Of a stretch of DNA of 39,076 nt, positions 27,701 to 38,985 are shown piece by piece. The stretch's first letter is position 1. Every line of letters begins with the position of its first letter. The notes beneath the pieces are model-generated. The model saw nothing but the letters and a program-made list of their open reading frames with translations. It was not told where the DNA came from and ran no database searches. The translations under genes were made by a program, and so were the position numbers. This stretch comes from Candidatus Omnitrophota bacterium (GTDB taxonomy: Bacteria; Omnitrophota; Gorgyraeia; Zapsychrales; JBDRMG01): contig JBDRMG010000003.1 in the NCBI GenBank assembly GCA_043812495.1, forward strand, positions 1 to 39,076, read 5' to 3'.

Positions 27701-28227
27701 TCAAGATAAAAATTTCCCGGTCCAATGATTTGATTCAAGTCATCGGCAGTTTTAAGTGCTTCCTTGTAGCGACCTTCTCGCAAATGCAACGTCACGCTCC
27801 CTTTCAGGCAAGCCGACAGGGCCAAGAGCCCTTCATGATGCTGCTCAAGTGCTTCTCGATCAATGCGGGGCTTGTAATAAAATCCTTCCAGATACCCCAT
27901 GGAAATTAATTTGAGAAGATGGCGATAGCCCTTTTCATCTTTGGCTAAAAGAACAATGTGGGACAAGGAACCTTGTCCGGTTGACTTTTCGTGGCGGCTG
28001 CCCGGGGCGAGATAAATTTCGCAGCCAATGATCGGCTTCACGCCGTGCTTGACGGCGGCTTGATAAAATTCAATAGCGCCAAAGACATTGCCATGATCAG
28101 TCATGGCTAAGGCGGGCATTTTGTAACCGGCCGCTTTTTGGATTAATTCTTCGATACGGCAAGCGCCGTCTAAGAGACTGTACTTAGTGTGGACATGCAG
28201 ATGGACAAAATCAGAATGGTAGGGCAT
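24793..28227 (-). CDS. dnaE: DNA polymerase III subunit alpha
   Basis: PHP (HLHVH, TDHG, NDVHY), GPGRGSAAGS, PDIDIDF, KMDFLGL, FQEQ, YGFNRSH, OB fold; no intein. Confidence 0.98.
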   Translation of the reverse strand: MPYHSDFVHLHVHTKYSLLDGACRIEELIQKAAGYKMPALAMTDHGNVFGAIEFYQAAVKHGVKPIIGCEIYLAPGSRHEKSTGQGSLSHIVLLAKDEKGYRHLLKLISMGYLEGFYYKPRIDREALEQHHEGLLALSACLKGSVTLHLREGRYKEALKTADDLNQIIGPGNFYLELIDNEIPEQKKANQELLKVSQDLKIPVVATNDVHYLERSQAAAHEALLCIQTQTTLDDPNHMRLSTDEFYFKSPEEMKKIFAYCPEAIQNTVEIAEKCNLELDFSQIHLPRYIPPGGENKEDYLTELCYEGVKKRYPLLTDEIKDRLEHELAVIKKMGFVSYFLIVWDFIHYAKQNGIPVGPGRGSAAGSLVSYLLGITDLDPLRYGLLFERFLNPERLGMPDIDIDFCYERRNEVIEYVTNKYGKDNVAQIITFGTMQARAAIRDVGRVMGVPYGDVDKIAKLIPPDPNIHIQEAIKIEPQLKKLCQEDERAAKIMETASVLEGLTRHASIHAAGGVVISDKPLTEYVPLFKTSDDQITTGFSMDGIAKIGLLKMDFLGLRNLTVIDKSIKLIKRTHQIDIDINEIPLDNSKTYDLLGNALSYGVFQLESSGMRELLKRIKPSQFEDLISILALYRPGPIGSGMLDDYIRRKKGEVEVRYDHPKLQTILKETYGIIIFQEQVMQIASELAGFTLTQADHLRRAMSKKIPAVMERNRKDFVLGCQKTSKIHEGLGNKLFDLIDYFSGYGFNRSHSAAYALISYRTAYLKANYPVEFMAALLTCERDNTDKVVEYIKEAEAMGIKVLPPDMNESIEEFNVINEKTIRYGLLAVKNVGSSAIESIVAERKNGLYTSLFNLCERVDLRLANHKVLESLIKCGAFDFIGIHRSQMMAILDRALDMGSKTQREKASGQISFYEMAGSENFREKVEEIPDIKEWPQAQILTYEKELLGFYLSGHPLTRYRVEIKEFTDFPIRDLIKAVDGQEIRLVGLLNTVKLTTTKRTSERMAILKVEDTDGQVEVVVFPSTYPTVANRLKEGAVILLKGRVSFRDEAPKIIASDIIPIDEAYKSVKSINVDLSTVNEKGLSDLKEKLSQFPGAIPVYLRLNTNSHKSVQILVGEDLYVNPTEFFIEELKDIVGSENFSLTL

Positions 28228-28281
28228 GTATAATGATTAAATTAAGGAATTAAAAACGTATAATTTGAAAAATACGTCGAG

Positions 28282-28489
28282 AGTCCAAGGCTATTAATGG
28301 CAATCAAGGCAGACATGGCTAGCAAGGCAATAGGTAGGAAGGGCTATTAAGGATTGAGGTCTAACAGGGCGCAAGGGTTAAATAAAAGTTGAATGAAATC
28401 AGGTGAGCCTTTTATAGCCTTTTTGCCTTTTTAGCCTTGATGCCTTATTGCCTTCTTACCCTTGTCGGCCCTGCTTGCCTTGATAGACT
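28282..28489. repeat. Inverted array of degenerate 8-10-mer tandem repeats (AAGGC units facing GCCTT units)
   Basis: About 9 (A/C)AGGC-type units at 28282-28379, an AT-rich spacer, then about 9 GCCTT-type units at 28406-28489. Confidence 0.8.
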
Positions 28490-28508
28490 TGCAAAAAGAA
28501 TATTAAAC

Positions 28509-30284
28509 CTATTCCCACTCAATGGTCGATGGCGGTTTGGAGCTGATGTCATAAACAACGCGATTCACTCCCGGAACCTCGTTGATGATGCGATTGGCAA
28601 TCGTTGATAAAAGATCAGGGGGTAAGCGCACCCAATCCGCTGTCATGCCGTCAGAACTGGTGACACATCGCAGAGCAATAGCATTTTCGTAGGTTCTTTT
28701 ATCACCCATCACGCCGACCGTCTTAATCGGCAAAAGAACCGCAAATGACTGCCAGATCTCTTCATAAAGCCCGGCTTTTCTTATTTCTTCAAGCACCCTC
28801 TCGTCAGCCTCACGAAGAATACTTAAACGCTCAGGTGTGACTTCGCCAACGATCCTGACCGCAAGCCCCGGACCCGGAAACGGTTGACGCTTCAAGATGG
28901 AATCCGTAAGTCCTAAGACAGCCCCGATTTTACGTACCTCATCTTTGAATAAATCCCGCAACGGTTCAACCAGCTTTAATTTAAGCGTTTTGGGCAAACC
29001 GCCGACATTATGATGCGTTTTAATCGTGGCCGAAGGTCCGCCAATCGGAGAAATAGATTCAATAACATCCGGATACAACGTGCCCTGCCCTAAGAATTCG
29101 ACCCCTTTGATTCTTTTAGACGCCTCTTGAAAAACTTTAACAAATTCATCCCCGATGATCTTCCTTTTTTGTTCGGGATCAGTCACATTCTTTAAGCGCT
29201 GCAAGAAACGCTTTTCGGCATTCACGCAGGTCAAATTCATTTTAAAATGCCCTTTGAAGGTTCTTTGTACGGATGCGGCTTCGTTCTTGCGCAAAAGTCC
29301 GTTATCGACCAAAATACAAAATAGCTTCCGGCCGATGGCCCTATGGATCAGCATAGCGGCGACCGATGAATCCACTCCACCGCTTAAGCCAAGAACAATC
29401 TTTTTATTGCCTATCGTCTCTCTGAGGCTTCTAATAGACTCATGAATGAATTTATCCATAGTCCATCGCGGTAAACATCCGCATACCGAAAATAAGAAAT
29501 TAGCTAGAATCTGATTTCCTCTTTGGGTATGGACAACTTCGGGATGAAATTGTAATCCGTATATTTTCTTCGACGTGTTTCCGATCGCGGCAACGGGATT
29601 GTTAAGGGTATGGGCGATCAATCTGAATCCTTGGGGAAGTTTTTTGATTTCGTCCCCATGACTCATCCAACAGGTAATATTGCTAGGGCAGTTTTCAAAC
29701 ACCTGCCGGTTATAATCGATAAATAATTCGGCTCGACCGTATTCGCGATCTGTGGTCGGCTTGACTTTTCCGCCTAGCATATGGGCCAAGACCTGCATCC
29801 CGTAGCAAATGCCTAAGATAGGTTTTTTGAGCTTAAAAATATCTTTGTCGGGAAGCGGCGCGTCTTTATCATAGACGCTTTGCGGTCCGCCCGAGAAAAT
29901 AAGACCCCGGGGGTTAATTCTGTTGATTTCGTCGATCGAAATGTTCCAAGGAACGATTTTGCTGAAAACTTTGTTCTCGCGGATGCGGCGGGCGATGAGC
30001 TGAGAATACTGAGAACCGAAATCCAAAATGAGAATAATATCTTTTTGGCGTGTCTTAAGCGGTTTGCTTTGAAATTTGAATCGAGTAGAATTTATTCTTC
30101 TTCTAATGACTCCTCTGATGAAACGCTTATTATGAGGTTTTCTTGATCTGCCCAGCGTTAGATGCTGAATTCTTCTGCGAGAGGGTTTTTTGATCTTTGC
30201 GTGGAGATTTTTCGCTGTCTTCTTTTTCTTCATCATTTTCTTTTGTTTTGTCCACTTAAGTTTCTTGGATAATTTCTTTGTCAT
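28509..30284 (-). CDS. guaA: GMP synthase (glutamine-hydrolysing) with Lys/Arg-rich N-terminal extension
   Basis: [48 protein letters not shown]. Start may be 30284 or one of the two Mets about 50 nt downstream. Confidence 0.96.
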   Translation of the reverse strand: MTKKLSKKLKWTKQKKMMKKKKTAKNLHAKIKKPSRRRIQHLTLGRSRKPHNKRFIRGVIRRRINSTRFKFQSKPLKTRQKDIILILDFGSQYSQLIARRIRENKVFSKIVPWNISIDEINRINPRGLIFSGGPQSVYDKDAPLPDKDIFKLKKPILGICYGMQVLAHMLGGKVKPTTDREYGRAELFIDYNRQVFENCPSNITCWMSHGDEIKKLPQGFRLIAHTLNNPVAAIGNTSKKIYGLQFHPEVVHTQRGNQILANFLFSVCGCLPRWTMDKFIHESIRSLRETIGNKKIVLGLSGGVDSSVAAMLIHRAIGRKLFCILVDNGLLRKNEAASVQRTFKGHFKMNLTCVNAEKRFLQRLKNVTDPEQKRKIIGDEFVKVFQEASKRIKGVEFLGQGTLYPDVIESISPIGGPSATIKTHHNVGGLPKTLKLKLVEPLRDLFKDEVRKIGAVLGLTDSILKRQPFPGPGLAVRIVGEVTPERLSILREADERVLEEIRKAGLYEEIWQSFAVLLPIKTVGVMGDKRTYENAIALRCVTSSDGMTADWVRLPPDLLSTIANRIINEVPGVNRVVYDISSKPPSTIEWE

Positions 30285-30305
30285 AACACACGCCTTTGTT
30301 TTTAT

Positions 30306-31466
30306 TTATTTACCCATTCCAATTTTCTGGCTGACCTGGAAAATCTTTCCTTCGGTTTGGATGGACGGAGCGATGATAATTTCGACATCATGCATGGCTT
30401 TGATATTCGCGGCTCCTAAAGACCCCATGGATGTCTGAAGAGCGCCCATCAGATTTTGTGACCCATCATCCACGCGGGCCGGGCCAAAGAGAATTTCTTT
30501 CAAGGTCCCGCTCGTTCCGACCCGAATGCGTGTTCCGCGAGGCAGATTCGCGTGTGAAGTCGCCATGCCCCAATGATAGCCTTTTCCGGGCGCTTCTTTG
30601 GCGCGGGCAAAAGCTGAACCAACCATGACCGCATCCGCGCCGGCCGCAAAGGCCTTGCAAATCTCGCCGCCAATGCGCATACCACCGTCTGTGATGATAG
30701 TTATGTATTTTCCTGTTTTCTTAAAGAAATAATCCCTGGCCGCAGCTGAATCCACAGTTGATGTGATTTGCGGAATACCGATTCCTAAAACGCCTCTGGT
30801 CGTACAGGCAGCACCGGGTCCGATACCGATGAGAAGCCCGGCAGCTCCGATTTCCATAAGCTCCAAGGCTACGTCATAAGTGACGGAATTTCCGATAATG
30901 ATCGGAATTTTGCTTTCCTTGCAGAATTTCTTTAAATCAAGAACCTTATATTGGGTGGAAATATGCTTAGAAGACGCGACAGTCGACTGGACAACAAAGA
31001 TATCACAGCCGGCCTCTTGGGCCACTTTATGAAATTTGGCAGCATTCTGAGGAATACAGCTGACCACAGCAGGGACCTTTTTCGCCTTGATCTCTTTAAC
31101 TCTTTTGGCAATCAATTTTTCTTTAATGGGTGCGACATAAACGCTTTGAACCAGTTTGGTTGCTTCTTCCGGAGTCGCTTTGGCGATCTGGCAAAGGACC
31201 TTTTCAGGATTATCATAGCGTGTTTGCACCCCATCTAGATTAAGGACAGCGATGCCGCCTAATTTTCCCATGGCAATCGCAAACTCAACGCCCACAACAC
31301 CATCCATCGCTGCAGCGAGAATGGGAACGCGGAATTTCATGCCTTGAATCTTCCATGTCGTATCAACTTCTGCGGGATTAATGGTCAAGTTCTTAGGGAC
31401 AAGGGCAATTTCATCAAAACCATAACAGCGTCTTGCGCGGCGACCTATTCCTATCCATTCAGCCAT
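30306..31466 (-). CDS. guaB: GuaB3 family IMP dehydrogenase-related protein (no CBS domains)
   Basis: YGFDEIALVP, AMDGVV, GIGPGAACTTR, TDGG, WGMAT..LPRGTR; directly upstream of guaA. Confidence 0.9.
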   Translation of the reverse strand: MAEWIGIGRRARRCYGFDEIALVPKNLTINPAEVDTTWKIQGMKFRVPILAAAMDGVVGVEFAIAMGKLGGIAVLNLDGVQTRYDNPEKVLCQIAKATPEEATKLVQSVYVAPIKEKLIAKRVKEIKAKKVPAVVSCIPQNAAKFHKVAQEAGCDIFVVQSTVASSKHISTQYKVLDLKKFCKESKIPIIIGNSVTYDVALELMEIGAAGLLIGIGPGAACTTRGVLGIGIPQITSTVDSAAARDYFFKKTGKYITIITDGGMRIGGEICKAFAAGADAVMVGSAFARAKEAPGKGYHWGMATSHANLPRGTRIRVGTSGTLKEILFGPARVDDGSQNLMGALQTSMGSLGAANIKAMHDVEIIIAPSIQTEGKIFQVSQKIGMGK

Positions 31467-31635
31467 GGGGTTGGTACCTCCGGTTTATTCTCCTTCGCCT
31501 TATGCAACTTGAATGCCAATATAGGCTTCGGAGAATTTTTCGATCTGATATTCTACGTAGCACATACTATTTATTTGTATTTTTGGTGCGAAGTAGAATA
31601 GAATTCTTAGATTTTTTGATTCGGTATAGCCTATT

Positions 31636-31664
31636 AATATAAATAGTTTTGTATTAATTGTCAA
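31636..31664 (-). promoter_or_regulatory. Sigma70-type promoter for guaB3-guaA
   Basis: TTGACA-N17-TATATT on the minus strand. Confidence 0.6.
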
Positions 31665-31717
31665 CAAAATTATATTTCTGGGTTCTTTCTGGGTTCTGAA
31701 ATCTAATACTTTTTAAA

Positions 31718-31764
31718 AAAGCGACCCTCCCCGCCATTGAATCATTGGCGGGGAGGGTCGCTTT
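31718..31764 (-). terminator. Rho-independent terminator of groESL
   Basis: AAAGCGACCCTCCCCGCCA...TGGCGGGGAGGGTCGCTTT stem with a T run on the minus strand. Confidence 0.85.
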
Positions 31765-31794
31765 CCAAAACAATTTGATATTTTAGTGTTGGGA

Positions 31795-33453
<1,659 letters not shown>

Positions 33454-33476
33454 TCAGTTTCTCTCAGTTTACTGAC

Positions 33477-33773
33477 TTATGATTTCTTGACAATTGCGAA
33501 AATATCATCTTCGCGCATAATCAAAAGCTCTTCTCCGTCTTTTGTGGTAATCTCGGTTCCGCTGTATTTGCCGTAAAGAACTCGATCCCCCACTTTCACT
33601 TCCGGAGCCTGGATGTTTCCGTTATCCAGAACCTTGCCTTTTCCGACAGCCACGACCTTTCCCTCTTGCGGTTTTTCTTTGGCTGTGTCCGGCAAAACAA
33701 TGCCACCCTTTGTTTTTTCTTCGGCTTCAAGGGCTTTGACAACGATCCTGTCACCTAATGGTTGAATGTTCAC
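33477..33773 (-). CDS. groS: Co-chaperonin GroES
   Basis: [30 protein letters not shown] start after RBS AAGGAGG. Confidence 0.97.
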   Translation of the reverse strand: MNIQPLGDRIVVKALEAEEKTKGGIVLPDTAKEKPQEGKVVAVGKGKVLDNGNIQAPEVKVGDRVLYGKYSGTEITTKDGEELLIMREDDIFAIVKKS

Positions 33774-33815
33774 TTGAACACCTCCTTCTTGAAACATTTA
33801 AAAAGTTGAAATTGT

Positions 33816-33842
33816 TTAGCACTCTTCTTTCCAGAGTGCTAA
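33816..33842. promoter_or_regulatory. CIRCE element (HrcA operator)
   Basis: Perfect TTAGCACTC-N9-GAGTGCTAA upstream of groES. Confidence 0.97.
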
Positions 33843-33869
33843 TTCTACAAAAAAATAGATTTTTGTCAA
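33842..33869 (-). promoter_or_regulatory. Sigma70-type promoter of groESL
   Basis: TTGACA-N16-TAGAAT abutting CIRCE. Confidence 0.75.
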
Positions 33870-33940
33870 GCAAATTTTTTTATTCAATCATCTTCGTGCC
33901 TTCTTGACTTCTTCATGCTCCCAGAAAACATGTTTTCATC

Positions 33941-33969
33941 TTGACAAAAGAATAGGCATCACCAATAAT
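33941..33969 (+). promoter_or_regulatory. Sigma70-type promoter, possibly giving a leaderless transcript
   Basis: TTGACA-N17-AATAAT; ATG 33977 follows after 7 nt with no SD sequence. Confidence 0.55.
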
Positions 33970-33976
33970 AAAATCA

Positions 33977-35371
33977 ATGACAACTCTTACTGCTAGGCTC
34001 AAGAAAACTTTTCCCCACTATGAAAATGGTCTTCTGATTGTTATCTTCTTTTATTTTCTTCTTCGGTTAGTTTTTTATTCTTTCAGCATTGTTCCTGATA
34101 TTTCACCAGATGAGATGGACCATGTTCGGCGCGGCTTTGCTTACTTTCAACAAAACAGTATCATCCTTCCCGATACACCAGAAACCTATCGTTGGGAATT
34201 GGACAGCTCCTTTCCTTTTCTCTATCATCTCTTACTAGGCAAATTGTATTATCTGAATTTCTTTCATATTCCGAAGATCTTATATTTTCGGTTTATCAAT
34301 ATGGTGTGTAGCATTTTTACGGCTGCCTACGGCTATCGCCTGATGAAACTCGTCACCCGCGATACAGGGGTAAGCCTTCTTGGTCTAATCGTTTTAACCA
34401 ATATCCCGATGTTTTCTTTCTTATCCTCTTTCGTCAGTTATGATAATTTCTGTAATTTATTATCTGTGCTTTCCATCTATAATTTGTTTTTATTTCTTAA
34501 AAGGAGAAATCTTAATAATATTTTCTATTTTTTGATATACGCCCTTTTGGGTTCATTAACAAAAGTATCCTTCCTTCCTCTTTTTTGTATTCTTTTTCTG
34601 ATAGCGCTTTTTGAAATAATAAAAAATGGCGCTCATAAAGATATGGTTAAGCAATCAACAAACGTATTTAAGAAACCTTCTACAACGATCGGCATCACTC
34701 TTGTTCTGATTCTCTCCGTTGTGACTATTTGGTTTTATGCCTCCAATATGAAACAATACGGGGCCTTGCAGCCAGGCTGTACTCAAGTTCTTTCTTATGA
34801 ACATTGTCTCGAGCGCCCGGCTTTCCAAGCACACATAAGATATCATCAACAGTTTCGCCAGATTGATCCCTCTCGTCTCTTGACACCTTATGACTTTATA
34901 TTTCCCTGGTTGAATACGGCTCTGCGCGGAACATTCGGCATCTTTGGCCATCGCTTGATGTTTCGAAGCACTTCGGAGCTTTTGCCTTATTACCTTCTAA
35001 TCGTATTATTTCTGGTCTTATTTATTCGCTATTTTAAATTTTCTGATAACAAATTGCTTTCCTACTTTGTCCTGATCATTGGTTTTTACATGGCGTTTCT
35101 ATTCTTTAAATTTTCTTATCCTACATATCGTCAAATCGGAATTATCGAAGGCAGCATTCACGGTCGATATCTTTTCCCCGTCATTATTCCCATCGTCACG
35201 CTCCTTGTCCAGACGATTTGCCTTTACACAAAGAAAATCCCTCAATGGATAATCTTTCTTGTCATCGCTACCGTTTTTGTTTGGGGAGACTTACCTTATT
35301 TTGTCAAAAAGGCAGACAAGACGTGGTATTGTGATACAAATCTAATAAACTGTTTCAGCATCCGTCCCTAA
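33977..35371 (+). CDS. GT-C fold membrane glycosyltransferase (PMT/DUF2142-like)
   Basis: First-loop PDEMDH, VSYDN, LTK, GRYLFP; many TM helices; AT-rich. Confidence 0.72.
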   Translation: MTTLTARLKKTFPHYENGLLIVIFFYFLLRLVFYSFSIVPDISPDEMDHVRRGFAYFQQNSIILPDTPETYRWELDSSFPFLYHLLLGKLYYLNFFHIPKILYFRFINMVCSIFTAAYGYRLMKLVTRDTGVSLLGLIVLTNIPMFSFLSSFVSYDNFCNLLSVLSIYNLFLFLKRRNLNNIFYFLIYALLGSLTKVSFLPLFCILFLIALFEIIKNGAHKDMVKQSTNVFKKPSTTIGITLVLILSVVTIWFYASNMKQYGALQPGCTQVLSYEHCLERPAFQAHIRYHQQFRQIDPSRLLTPYDFIFPWLNTALRGTFGIFGHRLMFRSTSELLPYYLLIVLFLVLFIRYFKFSDNKLLSYFVLIIGFYMAFLFFKFSYPTYRQIGIIEGSIHGRYLFPVIIPIVTLLVQTICLYTKKIPQWIIFLVIATVFVWGDLPYFVKKADKTWYCDTNLINCFSIRP

Positions 35372-35380
35372 TCTTCCAGA

Positions 35381-36142
35381 TCATTTCCTGTCATTAACGT
35401 CCACTAAACTCATCCCTTTAAGAGACAAATCTTTATCAATCAAAGAAATATTCCTTGAGAATATTTTAATCAGGTCCGTAAACCCGCCCGTCGCTACAAC
35501 AACGGGCTTTCCTTTGATCTCTTTTGAGATTTGATGGATAAGGCCATCACTGAGAACCCCATAGCCATGAAATATTCCGCTGAGAATACTGCTTTTTGTG
35601 TCCTTGCCAATCAGTTCTTTTGGTTTTCTTATTTCAACACGAGGCAGCAGAGCTGTCTTATTAAATAGAGATTCCAGGGACATCTTTAATCCCGGGATAA
35701 TCAGTCCCCCTAAATATTCTCCTTTTTTAGAAATAACGTCGAATGTAATGGCCGTGCCAAGATCAACGACGATGCACGGAGTGCCGTAAAGCCTCTTCGC
35801 AGCAAAGGCACAAACCAGACGATCTTGCCCCACCTGGGAAGGCCTTCGATACTTATTTTTGATAGGAACTTTTATGTCTTTTCCAATAACAACAGGCTTA
35901 GGGAATGCGCATTTGGAAAGAACAGCGCAAACCGTCTTTGTCATCTGAGGAACAACGCTGCAAATATAAATTCTTTCGCACAGACGAATATCTTTTTTGA
36001 AAACAGCTATGGCCTTGTTCAGTTGAGCATTCAGCCTTAAGGGTTTTAGGGTTGAATCAACGGTTTTTCTTTTAATCACTTTACAATTCTGAACAACAGC
36101 AATCGCTATGGTTGAATTTCCTATATCAACGGCAAGGATCAT
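35381..36142 (-). CDS. coaX: Type III pantothenate kinase
   Basis: VDIGNS, SVVP, GQDR, VDLGTAITFD, GGLIIPG, ATGG. Confidence 0.95.
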   Translation of the reverse strand: MILAVDIGNSTIAIAVVQNCKVIKRKTVDSTLKPLRLNAQLNKAIAVFKKDIRLCERIYICSVVPQMTKTVCAVLSKCAFPKPVVIGKDIKVPIKNKYRRPSQVGQDRLVCAFAAKRLYGTPCIVVDLGTAITFDVISKKGEYLGGLIIPGLKMSLESLFNKTALLPRVEIRKPKELIGKDTKSSILSGIFHGYGVLSDGLIHQISKEIKGKPVVVATGGFTDLIKIFSRNISLIDKDLSLKGMSLVDVNDRK

Positions 36143-38013
36143 GGCTTGGTGGCTTTCATTTTGATAAGTTGTTGTTTTGCCAAGGCGAAGTCCGGAGCAA
36201 TCAAAAGCGTCTTTTGAAAGACGTTTTCTGCTTCCTGTATGCGATTTTGCGCCAGATAGACAAATCCCAACGCATAAAGCGCCTGGAAAAAATCCTGATC
36301 TAGAGAATAGGCGTTCTTTAGCTGATCAGATGCTTTTTCATAATTCTTATTTCTATAGTAAAGTATGCCCAAATTATAATGAGCCGAAACATTGTTCTCC
36401 TGATGCTTTAAAGATTCCAAGAAATTCTGCTCTGCCCTCTGCGGGTCATTGAGATGCGCATAAATAAGTCCGAGTTTGTCATAAACGGCAAAAGAATTTA
36501 AATCCATTCGCTTGGTGATGTCGAGAGCTTGGTTGGCCTCTTTGAGCGCCTTCTGGAATTGGCCCATATCTGTATAGATTTTAGCCAAATTAAGCCTCGC
36601 GAGATAAACGCTATCTAAAGCCTTGGGATGCGGAGTATGAAGACTCTTTGCAAGCTCAATCAAAGCCTTTTTATATTGTCCTTTATCGGCATACACCTCT
36701 CCCAAATTGAGGTGGGCAAGTTGGCTTAAAGGAGCTGTTTGAACCGTTGTCGTCCATAGCGTGTAATTATTCTTCCAAATCATATTTGATACACTTGTGC
36801 ATATAGCAAGCAACAGGATGAAGACAAAGAACACGGCTTTCAAAACACCATCAAAAGCTTTCTTAGATATAAATTGCACATCGACATGCTTGATCACTTT
36901 GACCATTATAAAGCAGGCGGCTAATGAAGAAAGATACAAAAATCTCTCCCGAAATGTATAAGCCATGCTAATGGGGATCATATTGAAATACGGCAAAAGG
37001 CCAATGAAAAAGAAAACAATAAAGAAGGTGATGATTTTGTCCTTTCGGTGAAAATACATGGCCGCAAGAAAAATCAACAAAATCAGAATAAAGTTAATGA
37101 CAAAAGAAGGATCCATCGGCCCTCCGACAGGATCAATCCAATAAACGGCCGAAAGCGGAAACGGCCAAATCGCCTTGGTGACGTACATCCCGGCGATTTT
37201 AAAAACAGTCAGAACGTGCAAAAAAAGGTTTTTGGCCAAGGCAAAGCCAGCTGAATTTTCTTGGCCAAAAACCGGCAAAAGAAATGACTGCCTTAACGTT
37301 AGATGCCGCATAACAGCATAAACAACGATTATTCCTAAACAGCATAAATAAAATTGAACGTGTTCTTTCTCAAAAATTCGTTTAAATCTCTGATCACAAA
37401 AGAAGAAATAATCATAAGCCACCCACAATAGCGGAAGGACAACGGCATTTTCTTTAGATAAAAGCGCGAGTATAAAACATGCAAGTGCGCTTAAAAGAAA
37501 ACTTTTTTTTCGGCAGTTTTCCGAAAAGATAAACAACAGAAATCCCCATAGCATAAAGAACGCTACTTGAATCCCCATTCGGTTAAAAATAGGGGTAACG
37601 GCTTCTACGTGGATCGGATGAATCGCAAACAATAAACTGACCAAGAAACTCAACATCTCATCTTGGCAGATTTTGCAAAGGATTAAGAAAATAATAATAC
37701 AATTGAGGGCATGGACAATCAGATTTGTCAGATGGAATCCGAAAGGATTCAAACACCAAATTTTGTAGTCGACCATAAAAGATAACATGGACAAGGGGCG
37801 ATAGTAATGGGAAGACTGATGGCTAATGGTTGTCGATGCAGTGACATCGCCCTGAAAAAGTCCGGGAAGAAATCGAGAACTTTTAATAAATGGGTTCTCC
37901 ACAATCAGGTAATGGTCGTCCCAGACAAACTGATGGAAAAGGGTATTTCCGTAAACGGCGAATACAACGGCCACAAGAACCAAAAAGAGTGGTAGTTTTT
38001 CTCTCCAGATCAT
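36139..38013 (-). CDS. TMTC-like GT-C membrane glycosyltransferase with TPR repeats
   Basis: FVWDD, YYRPL, HPIHVEAV, SKE, ERFLYL, C-terminal TPRs. Confidence 0.85.
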   Translation of the reverse strand: MIWREKLPLFLVLVAVVFAVYGNTLFHQFVWDDHYLIVENPFIKSSRFLPGLFQGDVTASTTISHQSSHYYRPLSMLSFMVDYKIWCLNPFGFHLTNLIVHALNCIIIFLILCKICQDEMLSFLVSLLFAIHPIHVEAVTPIFNRMGIQVAFFMLWGFLLFIFSENCRKKSFLLSALACFILALLSKENAVVLPLLWVAYDYFFFCDQRFKRIFEKEHVQFYLCCLGIIVVYAVMRHLTLRQSFLLPVFGQENSAGFALAKNLFLHVLTVFKIAGMYVTKAIWPFPLSAVYWIDPVGGPMDPSFVINFILILLIFLAAMYFHRKDKIITFFIVFFFIGLLPYFNMIPISMAYTFRERFLYLSSLAACFIMVKVIKHVDVQFISKKAFDGVLKAVFFVFILLLAICTSVSNMIWKNNYTLWTTTVQTAPLSQLAHLNLGEVYADKGQYKKALIELAKSLHTPHPKALDSVYLARLNLAKIYTDMGQFQKALKEANQALDITKRMDLNSFAVYDKLGLIYAHLNDPQRAEQNFLESLKHQENNVSAHYNLGILYYRNKNYEKASDQLKNAYSLDQDFFQALYALGFVYLAQNRIQEAENVFQKTLLIAPDFALAKQQLIKMKATKP

Positions 38014-38031
38014 TTAGGCATTCCCGCTTTC

Positions 38032-38985
38032 TTACTTCTTTATTCGCTCAAACGCAAACCGCAAATTTGGCTCCAAGCTAATCGCTTTCTGAAAAAAAGG
38101 CTCTGCTTGTTTCTCGTTTCCCTGCTTGTAATGAACCAACCCGAGACCGTAATAACCGTATGCGTACGCCGGATCAATCCAAAGAACTTTATTGAATTCC
38201 TCTTCCGCCTCGACAAAATTCATATTATTTAAATAGGCTAAACCGAGATCATAATACAATTCGAGGCGTCCCGGATTTAATTCCTGAGCCTTCCTAAGAT
38301 AATCAACGGCCTTTGCGTATTCGCCCGAAAGATTATAGACCCGGCCGATATTGCTATAGATCAGTGAGTTTTCCGGGGCCAGTCGAATAGCTTTGTCCAT
38401 AAGGGCCAAGGCCTCCTCGCTCCGACCTTGTCTGGCGTAGAGGGCGCCCAAAGAGTTGAGAGCTGTCGGCGAGAACGGTTGTATATTCAGGGTCTCTAGA
38501 TATTCTCGCTCCGCTTCCGGTTCGTGTCCTAACTGAGCATACGCATTGCCCAAATTAACATGCGCCGTTGGCGAAAATGGATCCGTGCGGACCGCGGATG
38601 CCCAAATCGTGTAGTTCGTGCGCCAATCGTAATTACGCAAGACCGTCTGATATAGGTAAAATAAACAGACCGAAATCACCGCCATCAAAATGATTCTCGG
38701 ATTGAGCCACGAAATTTTGGAGTCTTTCGACTTCTGATACGCTCGATGAAACCCATAACCCAACAGACAGCAAAATCCTATAGACGGTAAATACGTATAA
38801 TGCTCGGCTACGATATTACCGAATGGAACGATTTGGGCAACTGGAAAAATCGTGATGTAAAACCATAGAATAAAAAAGGAGATGATTTTGTTTTTTGATT
38901 TGGCGAATAGGGCATACGCAAGGGTCAGAACCACAATAACAGCAGACGCGAAGACCTCAAGGTTCAGCGATTGATCGATCGTGAA
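38032..38985 (-). pseudogene. 3' part of a TMTC-like TPR protein, apparently interrupted by an IS element
   Basis: Contains VAEHYTYLPS, RNYDW and TPRs but lacks the N-terminal GT-C half; the in-frame sequence above 38986 is hydrophilic and overlaps a hairpin and another gene's stop. Confidence 0.6.

Noticed and set aside
24793..28227. Intein in DnaE
   Set aside because: Normal length; sequence is continuous at YGFNRSH; no splice or LAGLIDADG motifs.
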